Assembly (NCBI GenBank): GCA_964589975.1
Contig: CAZPVH010000004.1
Location: forward strand, 10,469 to 74,468
Reading direction: 5' to 3'
Source of the DNA: an uncultured Candidatus Saccharibacteria bacterium
GTDB lineage: Bacteria > Patescibacteriota > Minisyncoccia > Phycocordibacterales > CSBR16-119
Length of the DNA: 64,000 nucleotides
Notes under the pieces: model-generated
What the model was told of the DNA's origin: nothing
Databases searched by the model: none
Seen by the model: only the letters and a program-made list of their open reading frames with translations
Shown: one piece after another, positions 58,678-64,000 of the stretch
Numbering within the stretch: the stretch's first letter is position 1
Layout of the letters: every line of letters begins with the position of its first letter
Position numbers and translations under genes: made by a program

Positions 58678-59217
58678 ATGGAAACAACAAAGCAAAAACT
58701 AGCAAAAGCCTACGAAGTTCTGAAGCCTAAGTTCGGCTACAAGAATTCTTTGTCATCCCCAAGACTTCTAAAGGTCGTTGTTTCTTCCGGCACAGGCTCA
58801 AAGATGAAGAACGACAAGAACAAGAATGAATTCATCGCCGGCCGCCTCGGTAAAATCACCGGCCAGAAACCATCGCCTCGCCAGGCTAAGCAGTCCATTG
58901 CTTCCTTTAAGCTCCGACAGGGAGAAGTTATCGGCCAGATGGTCACGCTTCGCGGCGAGCGCATGTATGCCTTCGTCGATAAGCTCATCAACATTGCTTT
59001 CCCCCGAACGAAAGACTTCCGCGGACTCGAGTCAAAGGGAATCGATGACGTTGGAAACCTGACAATCGGCATCAAAGAGCACACGATCTTCCCGGAAACA
59101 GGGGACGAAGAGCTCAAGGATGTCTTCAGCCTCGCCATCACTTTTGTCACTACTGCGAAAAATAAAGAAGAAGCAAAAGCGTTCTTCGATTATCTCGGAA
59201 TCCCGTTTAAGAAATAA
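58678..59217 (+). CDS. rplE: 50S ribosomal protein L5
   Basis: ITGQKP, SIASFKLRQG, VTLRG, IFPE. Confidence 0.97.
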   Translation: METTKQKLAKAYEVLKPKFGYKNSLSSPRLLKVVVSSGTGSKMKNDKNKNEFIAGRLGKITGQKPSPRQAKQSIASFKLRQGEVIGQMVTLRGERMYAFVDKLINIAFPRTKDFRGLESKGIDDVGNLTIGIKEHTIFPETGDEELKDVFSLAITFVTTAKNKEEAKAFFDYLGIPFKK

Positions 59218-59298
59218 ATTTAATGAAACAAAAGCTCTCGTTTGACGAGGGCTTTTGTTTTTTGGGCGATTGGTGTAAGGTGGGGCAAAACTTTATCC

Positions 59299-59634
59299 AT
59301 GGAAAAGCTACAAGAAGTCCTTGAACACCTGACTCGGATCAAAGAAGTTCGTCGCCGCAACAGTCCCTTTGGTCTTCCACCCGGAGAGTCTCCCAAATTC
59401 TTTAGCAACGAAGAAGGGCAACTGAATGAAAGGTTGGAAAGACATATCGGTGCTCTAGCCGAACATCTAAGTGACTTTGTAGCCCTGCGGAACCAGCTTG
59501 GCAGAGAATCATATGAAAAAGTTCTTGCCGATACGAAGAAGACCTTGGTTAACCTTGTCTGTGACGCTATTTGGATGGTCCATGGCTATGATGTGACAGC
59601 CGAAGAGATCTTTGCCGCCATTCCAGAGAAATGA
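59299..59634 (+). CDS. Hypothetical protein inserted in the spc cluster
   Basis: ~111-aa ORF between terminators at ~59230-59256 and 59645-59668. Confidence 0.55.
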   Translation: MEKLQEVLEHLTRIKEVRRRNSPFGLPPGESPKFFSNEEGQLNERLERHIGALAEHLSDFVALRNQLGRESYEKVLADTKKTLVNLVCDAIWMVHGYDVTAEEIFAAIPEK

Positions 59635-59699
59635 AGCCCGCAGCAGAAAGCCCGTTCGCGGGCTTTCTTGTTTTTAGAAATAAGTGTGATAATCTCTCT

Positions 59700-59888
59700 C
59701 CTAGAAGCTTCAACAACTCTGCCCTGAATAAACCTACCAAAACAGGAAATAAAAGGGATAACAGAGGGCGCAAGGATGTGCCATGAGTTGGAAGGTTTAG
59801 ACCCTTCGGACTCTACGTCCAAACAGTTCTCTAGGTACAAATTGTAGCTTGGGCTTTAGGGGCGCTTTTGGGCGCCCCTTCTCTTTTT
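59700..59888 (+). ncRNA. Candidate structured ncRNA
   Basis: TG-t-GATAAT just upstream, nested complementary segments, own GC-rich terminator, no convincing ORF. Confidence 0.35.
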
Positions 59889-59921
59889 CCTTGCCCGTCC
59901 GTAGACTCTGGCGTAGGCGGG

Positions 59922-59949
59922 TTGACATAAAATCCCTATCTGCTAATAT
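59922..59949 (+). promoter_or_regulatory. Sigma70 promoter for rpsN sub-operon
   Basis: TTGACA-16-TAATAT with TG extension; spacer nearly identical to the rpsS promoter. Confidence 0.75.
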
Positions 59950-60038
59950 GCCCTTGTCCCGTTCAATCCCCGTATCTCCTTCTTGGCCCAAAGGACCCGG
60001 AAGCAAATATAGGCGATATTAGCGGGGCGTTAAAAAAT

Positions 60039-60308
60039 ATGGCTAAAAAATCAGTTACAGCGCGAAATAACAAGCGCATCAAACTTCATGCAAAGTACGC
60101 CAAAAAGAGGGCGGAACTTAAGGCTGCCGGAGACTACGAAGGCCTCCAGAAGCTTCCAAAGAACTCCTCTCCATCACGCCTGAAGAACCGATGCGGTATC
60201 ACCAGCCGTCCGCGAGGCTATATGCGTGATTTTGGACTTTCTCGCATCAAGTTCCGAGAGCTCGCGTCAGTCGGCGAGATTCCGGGCGTAAGGAAGTCAT
60301 CCTGGTAA
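60039..60308 (+). CDS. rpsN: 30S ribosomal protein S14 (89-aa zinc-independent type)
   Basis: [24 protein letters not shown]. Confidence 0.96.
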   Translation: MAKKSVTARNNKRIKLHAKYAKKRAELKAAGDYEGLQKLPKNSSPSRLKNRCGITSRPRGYMRDFGLSRIKFRELASVGEIPGVRKSSW

Positions 60309-60314
60309 TTCTAT

Positions 60315-60704
60315 ATGGATAAGATTGCAAACATGCTCATAATGCTGAAGAACGCGGGAATTGCCGGCAAGCCTCTTGTTGTTGTTCCTCATTCAGCTCT
60401 AAAGGAAGCCATCGGACAGTGCCTAGTGAAGGGTAAATTTGTCGAGAAGGTTTCAAAGAAGACTCTCGAAGGAAACAAGGCGGTTCTTGAAATCACTCTC
60501 CTCCGCACAGGACGCGAGCCTCGTATTACACAGGTAGAGCGAATCTCAAAGCCTTCAAAGCGAGTGTATATCAAAGCAAAAGACATTAAGCCTGTCCGCC
60601 AGGGATACGGCATGATGGTGCTTTCGACTCCGAAAGGCGTTTTGATCGCGGACGATGCTCGCAAAGAATTGGTCGGCGGTGAAGCTCTATTCCGAATCTG
60701 GTAA
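60315..60704 (+). CDS. rpsH: 30S ribosomal protein S8
   Basis: RISKPSKRVY, LSTPKGV, VGGE. Confidence 0.96.
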   Translation: MDKIANMLIMLKNAGIAGKPLVVVPHSALKEAIGQCLVKGKFVEKVSKKTLEGNKAVLEITLLRTGREPRITQVERISKPSKRVYIKAKDIKPVRQGYGMMVLSTPKGVLIADDARKELVGGEALFRIW

Positions 60705-60714
60705 TCATAAATAT

Positions 60715-61251
60715 ATGTCACGAGTTGGTAAACAAATCCTAAAGGTTCCCGCTGGCGTCGAGCTATCACTCGCCGGAGGCAATTTGACTGTCAAAGGTCC
60801 GAAAGCTACTCTCGCGCGCCCATTCAAAACAAACATCATTGATATAAAGATCGATAATGGCGAAGTTTCTTTTGTTCCAAAGAACGAAGAGAATTCCACG
60901 AAGGCTCTCTGGGGAACATACGCTTCTCATGTTCGAAACATGATCAAAGGCGTTACTGACGGATACGAAAAGAAGCTCGAACTCGAAGGAGTCGGCTTCA
61001 AGTCTGAAGTTCAGGGTACGAACCTAAAGTTCGCACTCGGCTTCTCTCATCCGGTTATCATGCCGATCCCAGAAGGCCTCAAAGTTACTGCGGAAAAGAA
61101 CCTCATCACGGTGAGCGGAGCGGACAAGGAGCTTGTCGGCGAATTCAGCGCAAATGTCCGAGGCAAGAAGCCGCCTGAGCCGTACAAAGGGAAGGGTATC
61201 CATTACCAGGGCGAATACATCCGCCGCAAGCAGGGCAAGAAAGCCGTCTAA
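60715..61251 (+). CDS. rplF: 50S ribosomal protein L6
   Basis: MSRVGK, LGFSHPV, PPEPYKGKGI. Confidence 0.97.
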   Translation: MSRVGKQILKVPAGVELSLAGGNLTVKGPKATLARPFKTNIIDIKIDNGEVSFVPKNEENSTKALWGTYASHVRNMIKGVTDGYEKKLELEGVGFKSEVQGTNLKFALGFSHPVIMPIPEGLKVTAEKNLITVSGADKELVGEFSANVRGKKPPEPYKGKGIHYQGEYIRRKQGKKAV

Positions 61252-61260
61252 AATAATTTT

Positions 61261-61611
61261 ATGCAAGCTAGAAAACAAAGGCAATCAAGGCGAGACAGAA
61301 TCAAGCGAAAGATCCGCTCAAAGGTGGCTGGTTCGGCTATGCGACCACGTCTTTCGGTGTACCGCTCAAACAAGAATATCTACGCTCAGATCATCAACGA
61401 TGAGACTGGCACGACTATTGTTTCCGCTTCTGATATCAAGACAAAGACTGGTACCAAGCGAGACAGGGCTATCGAGGTTGGTAAAATTATTGCCAAGCTC
61501 GCAAAGGATGCTGGCGTGACCGCGATCGTTTTCGACAGGAACGGCTTTAATTACACAGGTCGGATCAAGCTTTTGGCAGACAGCGCCCGCGAGGGAGGTT
61601 TAACCTTTTAA
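61261..61611 (+). CDS. rplR: 50S ribosomal protein L18
   Basis: RPRLSVYRSNKNIYAQ, VFDRNG. Confidence 0.97.
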   Translation: MQARKQRQSRRDRIKRKIRSKVAGSAMRPRLSVYRSNKNIYAQIINDETGTTIVSASDIKTKTGTKRDRAIEVGKIIAKLAKDAGVTAIVFDRNGFNYTGRIKLLADSAREGGLTF

Positions 61612-61619
61612 TCAATTAT

Positions 61620-62225
61620 ATGGACGAAGTAAAACCAACAACATCAACAGCATCAGAAGGGCAGAAGCCGGCGTCTTCGTATCGAGGAGGCGGAAAGTCT
61701 TTTGACCGTGGAGGTTCGCGAGGCGGACGACGCCCAGTCGAGCGCCGCGAGAAGCCTGAATTCGACCAGAAAATTCTCTCAATCCGACGTGTTACCCGTG
61801 TTGTTTCCGGCGGACGACGATTCTCATTCTCCGTCACTATGCTTGTTGGAGACAAGAAAGGCCGAGTGGGTCTTGGACTTGGGAAATCTGCGGACACAAC
61901 TCTTGCTATTAATAAGGCTGTGGCATCTGGCAAGAAGCACATGATCACGGTCCGAACGACTCCTGATATGTCTATCTCTCACTCAGTCGAAGGAAAGTTC
62001 AAGGCTTCTCGCGTCATGCTCATGCCAAACAAAGGCAAGGGTCTCGTTGTCGGCGGTGCTATCCGCGACATCATCGTCCTCGCCGGGCTCAAGAACATTA
62101 CAGGCAAGATCTTCTCCCGCTCAAAGACTCATCTCAATAACGCCAAGGCCGCAATGAATGCCCTTCAAGATCTCAAAGCGCCAAAGAAAGTAAAGGTCGC
62201 TGCGCCGGCTGAAGTAGCAGAGTAA
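61620..62225 (+). CDS. rpsE: 30S ribosomal protein S5
   Basis: RVTRVVSGGRRFSF, VGDKKGRVG. Confidence 0.97.
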   Translation: MDEVKPTTSTASEGQKPASSYRGGGKSFDRGGSRGGRRPVERREKPEFDQKILSIRRVTRVVSGGRRFSFSVTMLVGDKKGRVGLGLGKSADTTLAINKAVASGKKHMITVRTTPDMSISHSVEGKFKASRVMLMPNKGKGLVVGGAIRDIIVLAGLKNITGKIFSRSKTHLNNAKAAMNALQDLKAPKKVKVAAPAEVAE

Positions 62226-62234
62226 TAAAATTTT

Positions 62235-62684
62235 ATGCAAACTAATAATCTAGTTCGAAAAACGAAGAACAAGAAGACAAAGCTCATCGGCCGAGGCGGC
62301 AAGAGGGGCAAGACTTCTGGACGCGGAACAAAAGGACAGTGGGCTCACGGCAGCCACGGCGTCCGTCCTGAGATGCGAGACATCGTCAAGAAGTTCCCGA
62401 AACTCCGCGGACACGGAAAGAACCGCGGACGCACGGTTAATTCTTCTGTCGTTCGCGAGACTCCAATCAATCTTTCCACGCTTGAAGAGAACTTCAAAGC
62501 AGGGGACAAGGTCACCTTGGACGCGCTACTTGAGAAGAAGCTCGTGAATAAATCCGGTGGCAAGAATCCGTCAGTAAAGATCTTGGCCGGTGGTGAAATA
62601 TCTAAGAAGCTTTCAGTCATCGGCTTCAGCATGTCGGCCGCAGCGCGAGCCGCTATCGAAAAAGCCGGCGGCGAGGTAAAATAA
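62235..62684 (+). CDS. rplO: 50S ribosomal protein L15
   Basis: GRGGKRGKTSGRGTKGQ, IEKAGG. Confidence 0.96.
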   Translation: MQTNNLVRKTKNKKTKLIGRGGKRGKTSGRGTKGQWAHGSHGVRPEMRDIVKKFPKLRGHGKNRGRTVNSSVVRETPINLSTLEENFKAGDKVTLDALLEKKLVNKSGGKNPSVKILAGGEISKKLSVIGFSMSAAARAAIEKAGGEVK

Positions 62685-62688
62685 ACCC

Positions 62689-63957
62689 ATGTCTTTTTGG
62701 CAAAAACTTAAAATAGTATTCACAGATAAATACATCAGGAGAAAGATAATCTTCGTTCTTCTTATTTTGGCGGTCTTCCGTCTCTTGGCGGCAATTCCGA
62801 TTCCAGGAGTTGATGCATTTCGTCTTCAGGGATTTTTGGACTCTAACCAGTTCCTGGGACTACTCAACATCTTTTCTGGGGGCGGACTTTCAGCGCTTTC
62901 CATTGTCATGATGGGCGTTGGTCCATACATCACATCTTCCATCATTATGCAGCTTTTGACGTTGATGTCTCCGCGTCTCAAGTCTATGTATCACGAAGAA
63001 GGAGCCGAAGGGCGACTTCGTTTTTCACAGTACGCTCGTTACTTGACCGTTCCATTGTCTCTAATCCAGGCATACGCACTGCTCGCCATATTGGCAAGCC
63101 AAGGAGTCTTGGAGCCACTTTCAGCCTACGATAAAGCCATCGCCATGATTGTTGTTACGGCTGGATCAATGCTTCTTGTATGGCTTGGTGAGCTCATAAC
63201 AGAAAGGGGAATTGGCAACGGTGTGTCGGTGCTTATCTTTGCAGGTATTGTCGCAGCTCTGCCAGCCTCCATCAGTCAGCTCGCTTTCACATATGATCCG
63301 TCACAGCTCGTAATGTACATTGGTTTCTTGGCTGTTACTGTTGTGCTCATCGCCGGTATTGTTGTTATTACTGAGGCGGAGAGACTTCTTCCAATCACTC
63401 ATACGAAACAGGCTAGAGCAGGCGGGGCTATGACTTCTCAGTCTTCATATCTTCCGCTTCGCATAAATCAGGCCGGTGTGATGCCAGTTATCTTCGCTCT
63501 TTCAGTTCTAATGTTCCCGCAGCTTATAGCTAATTTCTTTGTTAATTCTTCTCACGCTTGGCTTCAGTCTGTAAGTCAGGGGCTCACATGGTTCCTCGCA
63601 GAGCAGTGGCTCTACGCGGCGGTTTACTTCCTCCTCGTATTCCTCTTTACTTACTTCTACACGGCGGTGACTTTTGACCCGGAAGCTGTGGCGACGAATC
63701 TTCAGAAGAACGGCGCTTTCGTTCCAGGTATCAGACCGGGACAATCAACGACAGAATATATTGGCAAGATTGTGAGTCGGATCACTTTTATGGGCGCGAT
63801 CTTCTTGGGTGTCATAGCAGTTCTACCAATCGTTATGCAGCAGCTTACGGGTCTTCAGACTCTTGCGATTGGAGGCACGGCAGTGCTCATCGTTGTCTCA
63901 GTTATCCTTGATATCTTGAAGAAGGTAGAAGGCCAAGTGTCAATGCGTCAATACTAG
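62689..63957 (+). CDS. secY: Preprotein translocase SecY
   Basis: GVGPYITSSII, GIGNGVS, GVMPVIFA, PGIRPG. Confidence 0.98.
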   Translation: MSFWQKLKIVFTDKYIRRKIIFVLLILAVFRLLAAIPIPGVDAFRLQGFLDSNQFLGLLNIFSGGGLSALSIVMMGVGPYITSSIIMQLLTLMSPRLKSMYHEEGAEGRLRFSQYARYLTVPLSLIQAYALLAILASQGVLEPLSAYDKAIAMIVVTAGSMLLVWLGELITERGIGNGVSVLIFAGIVAALPASISQLAFTYDPSQLVMYIGFLAVTVVLIAGIVVITEAERLLPITHTKQARAGGAMTSQSSYLPLRINQAGVMPVIFALSVLMFPQLIANFFVNSSHAWLQSVSQGLTWFLAEQWLYAAVYFLLVFLFTYFYTAVTFDPEAVATNLQKNGAFVPGIRPGQSTTEYIGKIVSRITFMGAIFLGVIAVLPIVMQQLTGLQTLAIGGTAVLIVVSVILDILKKVEGQVSMRQY

Positions 63958-63967
63958 AATATGAAAA

Positions 63968-64000
63968 GTAAAGCGCCCGCTTCAAACGCGGGCGCTTTAC
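63968..64000. terminator. Hairpin terminator after secY
   Basis: GTAAAGCGCCCGC...GCGGGCGCTTTAC. Confidence 0.7.

Noticed and set aside
1-64000. CRISPR array, tRNA, rRNA, integrase or transposase
   Set aside because: No regularly spaced repeats, cloverleafs or recognisable recombinase motifs found by eye
1-64000. Stop-codon reassignment (code 25)
   Set aside because: Conserved genes are intact under code 11 and TGA ends pcrA and other genes

Overview
Chromosomal window from a Patescibacteria (CPR), most likely Parcubacteria, genome using the standard code. The assignment rests on the absence of rpmD from the spc cluster, a trigger factor lacking its FKBP domain, a PrgI/VirB4/VirB6-like T4SS block and SD-less translation. 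Contents in order: dksA-like, comM, LysM-M23, a giant unknown gene, pcrA, rsmA, a ~15 kb T4SS/pilin envelope locus, clpP-tig-ppa-nusA, three large surface proteins, tpiA-pgk, recJ, infC-rpmI-rplT, and tuf plus the S10/spc cluster to secY, which is split twice by accessory genes. The most unusual signals are non-coding. (1) A ~116-bp covarying hairpin element (CCCGTTAG...CTAACGGG) sits exactly at the start codons of pcrA and rplD, duplicating the start codon and creating a short uORF. (2) A second covarying multi-stem repeat family (GCTCCGC...CCTCAC...CTGCGGG) has 3-4 copies. (3) A four-helix-bundle gene is bracketed by inverted heptamer arrays, with solo heptamer arrays elsewhere. (4) Leaderless promoters are pervasive. 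(5) Near-identical promoters with structured leaders restart the split r-protein operons. (6) There is a candidate ~190-nt ncRNA. All calls were made by eye; no searches or folding programs were run.
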